Assembly: GCA_963830215.1 (NCBI GenBank)
Contig: CAWHLM010000018.1
Location: 28,221 to 92,220, forward strand
Direction of reading: 5' to 3'
Length of the DNA: 64,000 bases
Source: an uncultured Alphaproteobacteria bacterium
GTDB taxonomy: Bacteria > Pseudomonadota > Alphaproteobacteria > Rhizobiales > Kaistiaceae
Shown: positions 34,288 through 44,600 of the stretch, in pieces
Numbering within the stretch: the stretch's first letter is position 1
How the letters are laid out: every line of letters starts with the position of its first letter
The notes under the pieces: model-generated
Database searches by the model: none
What the model was told of the DNA's origin: nothing
The model's input: the letters and a program-made list of their open reading frames with translations, nothing else
Translations under genes and position numbers: made by a program

Positions 34288-35250
34288 TCAGCCGGTCGGC
34301 GCCCCCGCCTCGCCGTCTCCGAGCATCACCTTCCACATGGGTTCGTAGAATTTATCGTTCACACCCTCGGTGTGATAGGGGACCCATTTGGGCAGGTGCT
34401 TCGGATTGCGCCAATGGGCGAAATCGGGTTCCTGCTTCAGCGCGTAGATATGGGCCGCCGGGATCTTCAGGGCCTCGTATGTCTGCTTCAGCACCTTTGC
34501 CCCGGGCTCCTTCACGTGATACGTGCCGTACCAGCGATCTGCCGGCGTGACCGCGGGATCGCCGTACCATCTGGCGATCCGTACCTTCGGCGACTGCGAA
34601 GAGAAGTCCCAGCCGCCGGAGAAGGAGATCACCCGCGCGACCTCGACCTTCTGCGCCAGCAGTTCCGCCATGCCGCCGCCTTGCGATTGCCCGGCAACGG
34701 CGACCTGCGACCAGTCGGGCTGATCGCCTTTCAGGTAGTGCTGCCATTGTCCGTCGGGGTCGTGACTCACGAGGTACTGGAGCAGCTTGGTGAAGCGGTT
34801 GACGATCGCATCCTGCGGCTTGTCAGGGATGGCGGCGAACGTGCCCTCACCAAAGAGACGCCGGTTCCTGAACTGGAGTGCGCAGTTGCGATCGCGCGTC
34901 AGCTCACGGCCGACGCAGACCTGCCCGACTGCGGGTTCTGAAATGAAAGACAGCGAAATGATGCGATAGCCCTGCACGTTCGCCGTGTGGAAGAACGCGC
35001 CCGGCTGCTCGTCGGGTGTGCCCGATGTGCCGGTAAGGAACAGCAGGAGTTCGTTGCCCTCGACCCGCCGGTCATAATAGACGCGGCTCGGCGTATCCCA
35101 TTGGGTGACAGTCGGATCGGTGGCGCTCGGCTTGATGGCCAGCTTGCGCAGGTAAGCCATGTCAAAGAGCGTCGCGGGGTGATCAGCCGCCTTGGCAACC
35201 GGCACTAATGCCATGCAAGCCAGGACGGCAGAGCAGATCAGCTTGTGCAT
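34288..35250 (-). CDS. Secreted alpha/beta hydrolase-like protein
   Basis: Part of ORF 34288..35319, from the ATG at 35250. Signal peptide MHKLICSAVLACMALVPVAKA and GxSxG elbow (GQSQGGG). Confidence 0.7.
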   Translation of the reverse strand: MHKLICSAVLACMALVPVAKAADHPATLFDMAYLRKLAIKPSATDPTVTQWDTPSRVYYDRRVEGNELLLFLTGTSGTPDEQPGAFFHTANVQGYRIISLSFISEPAVGQVCVGRELTRDRNCALQFRNRRLFGEGTFAAIPDKPQDAIVNRFTKLLQYLVSHDPDGQWQHYLKGDQPDWSQVAVAGQSQGGGMAELLAQKVEVARVISFSGGWDFSSQSPKVRIARWYGDPAVTPADRWYGTYHVKEPGAKVLKQTYEALKIPAAHIYALKQEPDFAHWRNPKHLPKWVPYHTEGVNDKFYEPMWKVMLGDGEAGAPTG

Positions 35251-35406
35251 TCGGATAACCAGCCATTGCTCGTCTTCGCCCTTGGCCGCAGAGGTACCGT
35301 CCGGCCGAACCGCACGCAATACGTGCGCCCTTCCCTTCCTCAGACACCGTTAATCGCGGAGTGCCCGCCCTTCGCCGGCGCCAGCGTGCCGTTCCAGCTT
35401 CTGCCG

Positions 35407-35643
35407 CTAGACCAGCTTATTCGCCGCCAGCACCGCGTTGAGCCCGCCGAAGGCGAACGAGTTCGACATCGCCACGTCGATCTTCATCTCCCGCGCCGCA
35501 TTGGGCACGTAGTCGAGATCGCAGGCCGGGTCGGGCTCGAGATAGTTCATCGTCGGCGGAGCGATGTTGTCGCGCACCGCGAACAGCATGGCGACGAACT
35601 CCAGGGCGCCCGCGCATGGCCGACCATCGACTTGGTCCAGCAG
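35407..35643 (-). pseudogene. 3' fragment of a beta-ketoacyl-ACP synthase gene (duplicate of 36370..36616)
   Basis: ORF 35407..35727 ends ...ALEFVAMLFAVRDNIAPPTMNYLEPDPACDLDYVPNAAREMKIDVAMSNSFAFGGLNAVLAANKLV. This is roughly 85-90% nt identity by eye to the 3' end of the full KAS gene, with a 10-nt deletion. Confidence 0.9.
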
Positions 35644-35827
35644 CCCCGAAAGGGATGGACTTACCTGACCAGCTGTAGTTTGCTTAGCGGGCGCGCTTCC
35701 GGGGGGCAGGATCTGCTGCAAAGACATTGCCGTGGTTCATCGTGATGCTTGCCCATCGCGATGAAAAGCGGCTTTTTGGACCTGCGGTACGGTGACAACC
35801 CAGTCGCGATGAAGGGCGGAGGCCGAC

Positions 35828-36289
35828 ATGTCGTTGAAAGGCATCGGGGTACGGATTCTGTTTTGTTTCCTTTTGGTCACGGGACTCTCGCAGGCGGCGA
35901 GCGCTTACTGCGATCTTCTGATCTATTCTGGCGGCGGCCATTCGTCCCATGAGGCGCTGAGCAAGGCCAACGCCAAGGGGCTTTCCGAGGTACGGCAGCT
36001 GAATTCGCAGTATGGCACCCACGTCACGTACGACAAGGCAACGTGGAAGTGCTCTTCGGGAAATCCGGTCACCTGCACAATCACCCAGCGATACTGCGTC
36101 GCCGGCCTCGATCCCAGCACCGCGACCCACGACTGTGGCCCGAACGCGGTCTGGCTGGGGGGATTGTGCGTCGACAAGTACGCGCCGGCCAACCAGGTGA
36201 CGATCCGCGCCGGTTGCCCTGCCAACCTCGACAAGGTGTGCACCCAGACCCCTTCGGGCAAGCTGATTCACTGCCATTGCCAGAGCTAG
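35828..36289 (+). CDS. Small secreted cysteine-rich protein (10 Cys in the mature part), no recognised family
   Basis: ORF 35828..36289. GGAGG lies 5 nt upstream. Signal peptide ...LSQAASA|YC. Lower GC (about 55% in the first 120 nt by hand count). Followed by a hairpin. Confidence 0.65.
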   Translation: MSLKGIGVRILFCFLLVTGLSQAASAYCDLLIYSGGGHSSHEALSKANAKGLSEVRQLNSQYGTHVTYDKATWKCSSGNPVTCTITQRYCVAGLDPSTATHDCGPNAVWLGGLCVDKYAPANQVTIRAGCPANLDKVCTQTPSGKLIHCHCQS

Positions 36290-36292
36290 ACC

Positions 36293-36324
36293 CGAACGGG
36301 GCGTGACGCCACACGCCCCGTTCG
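36293..36324. terminator. 11-bp-stem hairpin between the convergent Cys-rich gene and KAS gene
   Basis: CGAACGGGGCG-(10 nt)-CGCCCCGTTCG. No clear U-tract. Confidence 0.45.
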
Positions 36325-36369
36325 CCTCCCCGGCTTGGCCTAGTGACCGACCGTGCTGGGCGTGCCGCC

Positions 36370-37590
36370 CTAGGCCAGCCGCCTGGCCGCCAGCACCGCA
36401 TTGAGCCCGCCGAAGGCGAATGAGTTCGACATCGCCACGTCGATGGTCATCTCCCGCGCCGCGTTGGGCACGTAGTCGAGATCGCAGGCCGGGTCGGGCT
36501 CGAGATAGTTCATGGTTGGCGGGGCGATGTTGTCGCGGATGGCGAGAAGCGTGGCGACGAACTCCAATGCCCCGGCGGCGCCCAGCGCATGGCCGACCAT
36601 GGACTTGGTTGACGAGACCGGAACGGCCTTCGCCTTGTCGCCGAAGGTGGCCTTGAGCGCCTCCGTCTCGGTGGCGTCGTTGGCAAGCGTCCCGGTGCCG
36701 TGGGCGTTGATGTAGTCCACGTCCTCCCGATTGAGGCCGCCATCGGCGAGGCAGGCGTTCATCGCCCGCGTCATGCCGCCGACGTCCGGGTTGGTCAGAT
36801 CCCTGGCATCGGCGCTCATGCCAAAGCCGATGATCTCGGCGATGATCTCGGCGCCGCGCGCCTTGGCGCTCTCCAGCGTCTCCAGCACCAGCATGGCGGA
36901 ACCCTCGCCGACCACCAGTCCCTTGCGCCCCTTCGAGAAGGGCCGGCAGGTGTCGGTCGCCATGACGCGCAGCGCTTCCCAGCCCTTGAGCGTGCCGAGA
37001 TTGATGCAGGCTTCAGTGCCGCCGGTCACGGCCGCGTCGGCAATGCCGGCGCGCACCATCTGATAGGCCAGCCCGATGGCGTGGGTGGCCGAGGCGCAGG
37101 CGCTGACGACGCCGAAGGAGGGCCCGCGCAGACCGAGGAACATCGACACCTGGCTCGCCGGCGCATTGGGCATCAGCTTGGGCACGGTAAGCGGATAGAC
37201 CCGCGTCTGCTTGTCGCCGTAGAGCCGCTTGTACGATTCGTCGATGGTGTTCGAACCGCCGATGCCGGTGCCGACGATGGCCGCCGTACGCTCCGACAGC
37301 GCTTCGCCGATTTCGAGCCCCGACTGGGCCAGCGCCTCACGCGCGGCGATGACCGCGAACTGCGAGACGCGGTCGAGTGGCGAAAGCTGGCGCTCCTCGA
37401 AATAGGCGGTGGGGACGTAGTCCTTGACCTCGGCGACAACCTCGCGCAGCAGCAGGTCCGGCGACACCAGCGTCGGCTGGGCGATGCCGCTTCTGCCTTC
37501 GGTCAGAGAGTCCCAGTAGCTGGCCGTGTCCTTGCCGACCGGCGAGATGACCCCACAACCCGTGACGACGACGCGATGCGGTCCGTTCAC
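36370..37590 (-). CDS. Beta-ketoacyl-ACP synthase (KAS I/II, FabF-like)
   Basis: ORF 36370..37590, 406 aa. Cys-His-His triad contexts (SACASATHA, NAHGTGT, SMVGHALGAAG). The GTG start overlaps the ACP stop (GTGA). Confidence 0.9.
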   Translation of the reverse strand: MNGPHRVVVTGCGVISPVGKDTASYWDSLTEGRSGIAQPTLVSPDLLLREVVAEVKDYVPTAYFEERQLSPLDRVSQFAVIAAREALAQSGLEIGEALSERTAAIVGTGIGGSNTIDESYKRLYGDKQTRVYPLTVPKLMPNAPASQVSMFLGLRGPSFGVVSACASATHAIGLAYQMVRAGIADAAVTGGTEACINLGTLKGWEALRVMATDTCRPFSKGRKGLVVGEGSAMLVLETLESAKARGAEIIAEIIGFGMSADARDLTNPDVGGMTRAMNACLADGGLNREDVDYINAHGTGTLANDATETEALKATFGDKAKAVPVSSTKSMVGHALGAAGALEFVATLLAIRDNIAPPTMNYLEPDPACDLDYVPNAAREMTIDVAMSNSFAFGGLNAVLAARRLA

Positions 37591-37841
37591 GTCTGTGGCT
37601 TCTGGTCGACCAGGCCCTGAATCGCCTTCACCACGTCACCGACGGTGGCAAAGTCGGTCGCGGCGCTGTTGGCGTTGTAGGGGATCTGGATGCCGAACTT
37701 CTCTTCCAGATCGAACACCATCTCAAGTGCATCAATCGACTCCAGGCCAAGTTCCTGGAGATTGTCAGTCAATTTGATCGCCTTATCGCCTGGAACCTTC
37801 TTGGCGATAATCGCGACCACGTCATCAGCCACATCGGCCAT
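37587..37841 (-). CDS. Acyl carrier protein (dedicated, non-AcpP type)
   Basis: Part of ORF 37587..37865, from the ATG at 37841, preceded by GGAGG. Phosphopantetheine-site context LGLESIDALEMVFDLEEKFGIQIP. Confidence 0.85.
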   Translation of the reverse strand: MADVADDVVAIIAKKVPGDKAIKLTDNLQELGLESIDALEMVFDLEEKFGIQIPYNANSAATDFATVGDVVKAIQGLVDQKPQT

Positions 37842-37885
37842 TTTGTCAGCGCCTCCAACCCCCAAGGGCGTCCTCGATTGTCTTG

Positions 37886-38950
37886 CTACCGGCCCTTCGT
37901 CTCATTTTCCAGAGCCTCGATCCGTTTTTTCAAGTCGTCCACCCGTGGATAAAGCTGCCGCAAGCGGCCGATATCCATCAGTCGCGAAATGAACTTCTCG
38001 TGATAGGTAGCCGGCGTACCGGTGAACACCGCCCCCGGCGGCACGCTGCTGGCGACCCCGGCCGAGGCGGTGATCGTGGCGCCGTCGCCGACCGTCAGAT
38101 GCGGCGCCAGCCCGACCCCCGAAGCAATCACCACCCGGTCGCCGATGACGCAGCTGCCGGCGATGCCGGTCATGCCGCAGATCACGCAGTTCTCGCCGAT
38201 GACGACGTTGTGGGCGATCTGCACCTGGTTGTCGATCTTGCTACCGCGCCCGACGCGCGTCTCGCGCAGCGTGGCGCGATCGACGGTGGTGCCGGCGCCG
38301 ATCTCGACGTCGTCGCCGATCACCACGGTCCCCAGCGAATGGGTGCGCTTCGGCGCGGGAATGCCGTTGCTGCTGCCGTCCGGGTTGGAAACCGGGATAA
38401 AGCTGAATCCGTCGGAGCCGATGACCGTGTTGCAGTGGATGACGACGCGGTCGCCCAGGCGGACGCGGTCGCCCAGGCGGACGCCCGGATGCAGCACGCA
38501 GTCGCGGCCGACGACGACGTCGGCACCGACGGTGACGTGCGACAGGACGGTCGTGCCTGCGCCGATCGTGCTCCTTGGTCCCACCACCGCTGAGGGGCCG
38601 ATGCTGGCGCCCTCGCCGATGACGGCGTCGGGCGCGACCACCGCTGCGGGGTGGATGCCGGAACCATGCGCAGGGCCGGAATCGAAAAGAGCGGACAGGA
38701 TGGCGAGCGCCATGCGGTCGTTGCCGCCGTAGAGGATCGCGGCCTTGGCCTGCGGCGGCGACAGAGTGGCCGGTATGAGCACGGCGCCGGCGCTGGTGCC
38801 GGCGAGATGGTCCTGCGCCTCCCTGGCCAGCGCCACCGCAAGGTCGCCCTTGCCCTGTGCGTCGGCGGGATGGACGATGCGGCCGATGTCGAGGCGCCCG
38901 TCGCCGGAAACCTTGGCCGAAAGCGCGCTGGCGATGTCGCTGAGCTGCAT
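37886..38950 (-). CDS. LpxD-like UDP-3-O-acylglucosamine N-acyltransferase (left-handed beta-helix hexapeptide protein)
   Basis: ORF 37886..38950, 354 aa. LpxD-type N-terminal domain followed by a long run of hexapeptide repeats. Contains an 18-bp tandem duplication at 38447-38482. Confidence 0.8.
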   Translation of the reverse strand: MQLSDIASALSAKVSGDGRLDIGRIVHPADAQGKGDLAVALAREAQDHLAGTSAGAVLIPATLSPPQAKAAILYGGNDRMALAILSALFDSGPAHGSGIHPAAVVAPDAVIGEGASIGPSAVVGPRSTIGAGTTVLSHVTVGADVVVGRDCVLHPGVRLGDRVRLGDRVVIHCNTVIGSDGFSFIPVSNPDGSSNGIPAPKRTHSLGTVVIGDDVEIGAGTTVDRATLRETRVGRGSKIDNQVQIAHNVVIGENCVICGMTGIAGSCVIGDRVVIASGVGLAPHLTVGDGATITASAGVASSVPPGAVFTGTPATYHEKFISRLMDIGRLRQLYPRVDDLKKRIEALENETKGR

Positions 38951-39029
38951 GGGCGCGGATCGTACCGTTCTTCTTTCTAGTTACCTTCGGTTCCTAGCGC
39001 ACATTCCCGCTGCCTGCCAGCCGGGCCGG

Positions 39030-40115
39030 TCAGGGTGCGGCAAGCCGCCCGCCGGTGGTGGGTCCCGCAACGCCGGTGGTGCCGGGGAAGGTCAGCGGCA
39101 GGCGGCGCACGCTGCGCGCGGCCAGGTAGGCGAAGGCCTCCGCCTCGATGAAATCCGGCGACCAGCCGAGCCTTTCGGCGCCCTCGACGGGCGCGCCCGC
39201 TGCGGCCGCGAGCATGGCCATGAGCACCGGATTCTTTCTTCCGCCGCCGCAAACGACGATGCGCTCGGCGCCGCCGGCCATCACAATGCCTTTCACAATC
39301 GTGCCAGAAGTGAAGGCGGTGAGCGTGGCCGCACCGTCGGTATCGGACAGGCTCTCCACCGGCTCGGCCGAGAAAGCGTCCCGGTCAAGCGACTTCGGCA
39401 GCGGCCGGTCGAACCAGGGATTGTCCATGAGGCTCCTGAGCGCCTGCGCATCGACCGTGCCCAGCGCCGCCAGCTCCCCTTCCGTGTCCATGGCGGCGCC
39501 GGTGCGCCAGCGCACGAAATCGTCGAGAAGCGCATTGCCGGGGCCGGTGTCGCCGGCCACAAGCGTTCCGTCGCCGCCGATCCGGGTCAGGTTGGCGACG
39601 CCGCCGATGTTGACGACGACCACGGTGCCGCCGAGCCCGGCACGCTCGACCAGCGCACGGTGATAGATGGGCACAAGCGGTGCCCCCTCGCCGCCCGCCG
39701 CCACGTCCGCGGCACGCAGATCGAAGACGACCGGCATCCCCAGCCGCCGTGCGAGCGCCGCGCCGTCGCCGATCTGCACCGTCATGTGGCGCTCGGGCGC
39801 GTGCAACACGGTCTGGCCGTGGAAGCCGACGAAGTCGATGACAAGGCCCGGATTCGCGCGGCGAAGCGCCTCGACCGCTTCGCCGTGAGCGTCAGTGACG
39901 ATGCGCTCGGCCACAGCCAGCACGCCCGGTCGGGCATCGCGATCGGTGAGGCCACGCGCCGCGTTGAGCGCCCGGCGCAGGACCGCCCGCTCGTCCTCGC
40001 TGTAGGGACGCGCCAGCCTTGGCCCGTAGCCATCGATCGTTTCGCCGTCGGTCTCGACAACGGCGGCATCGACGCCGTCCATGGAGGTGCCGCTCATCAG
40101 GCCCAGAACGTTCAT
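39030..40115 (-). CDS. anmK: Anhydro-N-acetylmuramic acid kinase
   Basis: ORF 39030..40115. N-terminus MNVLGLMSGTSMDGVDAA and NIGGVAN motif. Confidence 0.9.
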   Translation of the reverse strand: MNVLGLMSGTSMDGVDAAVVETDGETIDGYGPRLARPYSEDERAVLRRALNAARGLTDRDARPGVLAVAERIVTDAHGEAVEALRRANPGLVIDFVGFHGQTVLHAPERHMTVQIGDGAALARRLGMPVVFDLRAADVAAGGEGAPLVPIYHRALVERAGLGGTVVVVNIGGVANLTRIGGDGTLVAGDTGPGNALLDDFVRWRTGAAMDTEGELAALGTVDAQALRSLMDNPWFDRPLPKSLDRDAFSAEPVESLSDTDGAATLTAFTSGTIVKGIVMAGGAERIVVCGGGRKNPVLMAMLAAAAGAPVEGAERLGWSPDFIEAEAFAYLAARSVRRLPLTFPGTTGVAGPTTGGRLAAP

Positions 40116-40254
40116 TATTTGTCTTCCCGGTCGCTCCGCTCGGCGCCTCTTGGCTCCCGCCGGCCTCGTCGAATCCCTGGGTGAAAACCCCGCCCTATCC
40201 TGCTAAACAGCGCCGCGCGCCGCCGCAAGGCGCGCCCACCACGGAATACCGAGA

Positions 40255-41505
40255 ATGACCGAGTTCAAGTCCGATTTCCTGCGCGTCATGGCCGAGCGGG
40301 GTTTCATCCACCAGTGCTCCGACCCGGAGGGCCTCGATGCGGCGCTCGCCAAGGGCATGGTCACCGCCTATGTCGGCTACGACTGCACGGCCGCGAGCTA
40401 TCACGTCGGCAACCTGCTCTCGATCATGATGCTGCGCTGGTTCCAGAAGACCGGCCACCGGCCGATCACGCTGATGGGCGGCGGTACCACCCGCGTCGGC
40501 GACCCGTCGGGCAAGGACGAGGCGCGCAAGCTCCTCACCTATGACGAGATCGAGACCAACAAGCAGAGCCTCAAGGCGACCTTTGCCAAGTTCGTCGATT
40601 TCGAGCGTGGCGCCAATGCCGCCATCATGGTCGACAACGCGGAATGGCTGGCGCCGCTCAACTACATCGACTTCCTGCGCGACGTCGGCAGGCATTTCTC
40701 GGTCAACCGCATGCTGGCCATGGACTCGGTCAAGCTCCGCCTCGACCGCGAGCACGAACTCTCCTTCCTCGAGTTCAACTACATGGTGCTCCAGGCCTAC
40801 GACTTCACCGAGCTCAACCGGCGCTACGACTGCACGCTGCAGATCGGTGGTTCCGACCAGTGGGGCAACATCGTCAACGGCATCGACCTCGGCCGGCGCA
40901 TGGGGCTGCCGCAGTTCTATGCGCTCACCTGCCCGCTGCTCACGACCGCGTCGGGCGCCAAGATGGGCAAGACCGCGCAGGGCGCGGTCTGGCTCAACGC
41001 CGACCTCTTGTCGCCGTACCAATACTGGCAGTTCTGGCGCAATGCCGAAGATGCCGACGTCGGGCGCTTCCTCAAGCTCTATACCGAGCTGCCGATCACC
41101 GAGATCGCGCGTCTGGCGGCGCTTGACGGCGGCGAGATCAACGAGGCCAAGAAGGTGCTGGCGACCGAGGCAACCGCGCTTCTCCACGGCCGCGCGGCCG
41201 CGGCGCAAGCGGCGGAGGCGGCCCGGCGCACCTTCGAGGAAGGCGGGCTGGCCGAAGCGTTGCCGACCATCGCTGTGCCGGCGCACGAGCTCGCCGCTGG
41301 CATCGGCGTTCTGGCGTTGTTCGTGCGCGCCGGACTGGTGTCGTCGAACGGCGAGGCGCGCCGCCAGATTCGCGGCGGGGGCCTCCGCCTCAACGATGTG
41401 GCGGTCGCCAACGAGACGGCCGTCGTCGGCGCCGGCGATCTCATCGGCGGAGTCGTCAAGCTGTCGCTCGGCCGCAAGAAGCACGTTCTGGTCAAGCCGG
41501 AATAG
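40255..41505 (+). CDS. tyrS: Tyrosine--tRNA ligase
   Basis: ORF 40255..41505, 416 aa. HIGH-like motif (SYHVGN), KMGKT (KMSKS-type motif), C-terminal S4 domain. Confidence 0.93.
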   Translation: MTEFKSDFLRVMAERGFIHQCSDPEGLDAALAKGMVTAYVGYDCTAASYHVGNLLSIMMLRWFQKTGHRPITLMGGGTTRVGDPSGKDEARKLLTYDEIETNKQSLKATFAKFVDFERGANAAIMVDNAEWLAPLNYIDFLRDVGRHFSVNRMLAMDSVKLRLDREHELSFLEFNYMVLQAYDFTELNRRYDCTLQIGGSDQWGNIVNGIDLGRRMGLPQFYALTCPLLTTASGAKMGKTAQGAVWLNADLLSPYQYWQFWRNAEDADVGRFLKLYTELPITEIARLAALDGGEINEAKKVLATEATALLHGRAAAAQAAEAARRTFEEGGLAEALPTIAVPAHELAAGIGVLALFVRAGLVSSNGEARRQIRGGGLRLNDVAVANETAVVGAGDLIGGVVKLSLGRKKHVLVKPE

Positions 41506-41647
41506 CTCATCCGCTATCAAGCGGACGTTCCCCGGACGCGGAGCAGCGCAAAACGCTGCACCGCAGATCCGGAGTCCAAGCGGCTGCGTAGGTCCCAGTT
41601 CGGCAGAGCGTCATTTCACGCCGCGCCGCGCCCGGGACGCTTCGCGC

Positions 41648-44600
41648 CTACGGCTGGAACTCGAAGATCTTGCGGAAGATGCCCGGCGCCACCGCCGACA
41701 GCGGGTTGAAGAAGACGCGCGGGCCCGCGATCGGTCCTTCGACCTTGAAGGTGACGCCGATCAGGCCCTCGGTCAGGCCGCCGCCGGCGATCACACCAAT
41801 GATGGGAATGCGACTGAACAGATTGTTGAAGGCGTAGGCTGGCAGATAGGTGCCGGAGATCGCGATCGATGCGCTCGGCAGGTCATAGCGGCCGCTGAAG
41901 GTCGCGCCAAGGGCGGCGCCGCGCAGGAGCGCGTCCTCGATGACGATTGCCCGCTGGGTCTTGCTGAAGCGGGCGACCATGCCGTCGAAATGCACGCGTG
42001 TCGGATCGAATCCATCGCGGCCGCCGCCGCTAGCGTTGCGTCCGACACCGACCTTGGCCAACGCCGGCTCGTTCAACACGTTGAAATCGAGGACCTGCAT
42101 CGTCCCGACCATCGGCCCGTTCGGCGCACCTTGTCCGTTGAGCGTGATGGTGCCGCCATCGACGTGGGTATAGATGTCGATGAAGCGCAGCAGATTGCCG
42201 GCATCGCCGGCGCTGGCGTTGAGCCGTGTCCCGCTGGCGCCGACGGCGTAGTCGATCGCCACATCCGATCCGGCGATCTTGCCGACGAAGTTGAGCTTCT
42301 GGGTCTCGCCGCCCACCGAGACCAGCGTCACGGACGCCCCGGTGACGGCCTCCTGGTTGAAGCCGATCAGCTTGTCGACATGGGCGTCGACGGCAATGTC
42401 CGGGAACCCGCCGGCCTGCTCGTTGCGGTCGCGGATCTGGGTGAGAAGCCCGCGCATGTCGAAGGCGGCGCCGCGGGCCGATATGGCGTAGCCGGCGTCG
42501 CTACGCGTCAGCTTGAGCGAGATCGAGTCGCCGGGATGCAGCGACAGATTGTCGATGTCGGCGGAAATCAGGTTGAGCGATGAATCGAGTTTGGCCGATC
42601 CGGTGAGACCGAATCCGTCGCCCTCGAGGACGAGGTTCTCGACCGACTGGCCATCGGTGGTCTTGACCAGGTCGAAGGACAGCGTCGCCGGCACGCCGAT
42701 GCCCTTCGACCAGCCGATCCCCTGCAGCACGACGCGAGCGCGCTTGAGATCGAGCTCGTAGTGCTGGCCCCTGGCCTGGCCATCGGTGACCGTCGCGGTG
42801 ATGGTGCCGGAGAGCACATCCTCGAGCCCGACGCCGAGCTTCTTGCGCGCAGCATCGTCGAGCACGAGGCGGATCTGGCGTTCGCCCGGCTTCGGCGCGA
42901 CGCCGCCGTCTGTGGTCGGCAGCGACATGCTCACATCGGCGGGGACGCCGTCGATCTTCGCCTTGCCGTAGACGGTCACGTCGTCGGGGACGATGGTCAG
43001 GGTGACATCGGCATTGCTCAGCATGCGTCCGTCGATCGGCTTCTTGCTGGCGGCGTTCTTGATCTTGGCCACCACCTTCCAGTCGACATCGGCCTCGTCG
43101 ATCTGCTCGCGCAACGGAAAGCGGACCGACAGCGAGGCGTCGGCCGTGCCGCTAAGGTCGGTCGGCGACATGTCGCGTTGCGACAGCGCGTTGATCGGGT
43201 CGGAGTCGGCGATCTGGGCGATGGCGGCGACCGAACCGGCGAGCTGGAATTCGACGATGCCGTCGCTCGGCCGCTTGGCAACGTTGGGAATGGCAAAGGC
43301 AGCCGCCTCGACCTTGACCGTGCCGGCCGGCACCTTCACTTCACCGCTGGTCACGTCGACGCCGAAGGTCGAGCCGGAGAGCACCACGTTGCCCGATGCG
43401 TTGGTTATCGCCGGCACCTTGCCGACCGTGGTGAAGGTCACGTTCTTGAGCTGCATGTCGAGGCGCATGGCCTTTTCGCTCAACTGCACCGGCTTGTTCC
43501 ACAGCACGCCGGCGGGCACCGACGCCTCATAGTTTCCCTCGGTGAGCTGGCCTGAGATGATGTGCTCCATCACCCAGTGCCGCGCCGCCGGGGCGATGAA
43601 CGGAATCCAGATCGTCTTCAGCGTGCTGACCGGCATCGGCGAGAACGAAGCGGCAAGTGCCAGCGACGGCGTCTTGCCCGGCTCGAAGCCGAGCCTGCCG
43701 GCGGCCGCCACCGAACCGTCCGAGGTGACGATGACGGCGTTGCTGACCGACAATGTCCGCGCGCGCAGGTCGACGGTTCCGGAAAGGGATATGCGCTGCG
43801 CCACCATCGGCGGCGCGCCCGAATCGGACGGCGCCATCACCGTGCCCGGCGATTCGAAATCGAAGGCGTAACGACCGGCAGCGGGGTCGCCGTCGGGCTT
43901 GATGGTGCCGGTCACCAGGCCGCGCGTGTTGCCGAAGAAGAAGGTCGACGGGTCGACGATGATCGCCTTGTTGGGGATGTCCCAATGGAGGCGGACGGTG
44001 GCCTCGTCGAGCAGTACGCTCTCCTGCTTGGCGGTGAGATCCTCGCGGAAGCGCAACGTGCCCGCGCCAACGTCGATGCGGGCGCTGGCGTCCTCGACGT
44101 CACCGTCGGCGTTGATGTGCATCGACGCGCGCCCATAGAGCGGCACATCGGCCACGAACAGGCCTTTGTCGTCGCCGAAGGCGGGGATCACGTCGGCGAG
44201 CGTGAGCTGCGAGAACACCGCCGATACGGCGTGCCCGCCGGAGTTGGCGTCGAGGTCGCGCTCGATGGTCGCCTGCCAGCGCCCGCTGTAGCCGGAGGTG
44301 GCGAAGTTGACGGTCAGCGCCGAAGTCTGCGGGTCGAGGTTGACGCTGAGGTCGGTGCTGGAGAAGCGCCGCTGGCGATCCTCGCCGGCATCCCATACCG
44401 AAATGGTGCCGTTGACCACAGACAGGCGCTGGAAGCCGGAGGCGGTCGCGGCGTTGATCGGCGGCTCGATGCCGCGGTCGAGGATCTTGAGGGCGCTGAC
44501 CAGGTCCGGAAAGACCTGTGCGGCCTCCGCGGCGGCGGCCGGCGTCGGCGAATCCGCGGAGCCGGCAGCCGAGGGGTCGGTCGCCGGCGCGGGGACCGCC

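Noticed and set aside
41506-41647. Imperfect hairpins (e.g. GCAGCG-CAAAA-CGCTGC within CCGGA...TCCGG) in the tyrS/AsmA-like convergent spacer, reminiscent of alphaproteobacterial REP-like elements
   Set aside because: The stems are short and mismatched and there is no U-tract. I cannot tell a terminator from a dispersed repeat without genome-wide counts.
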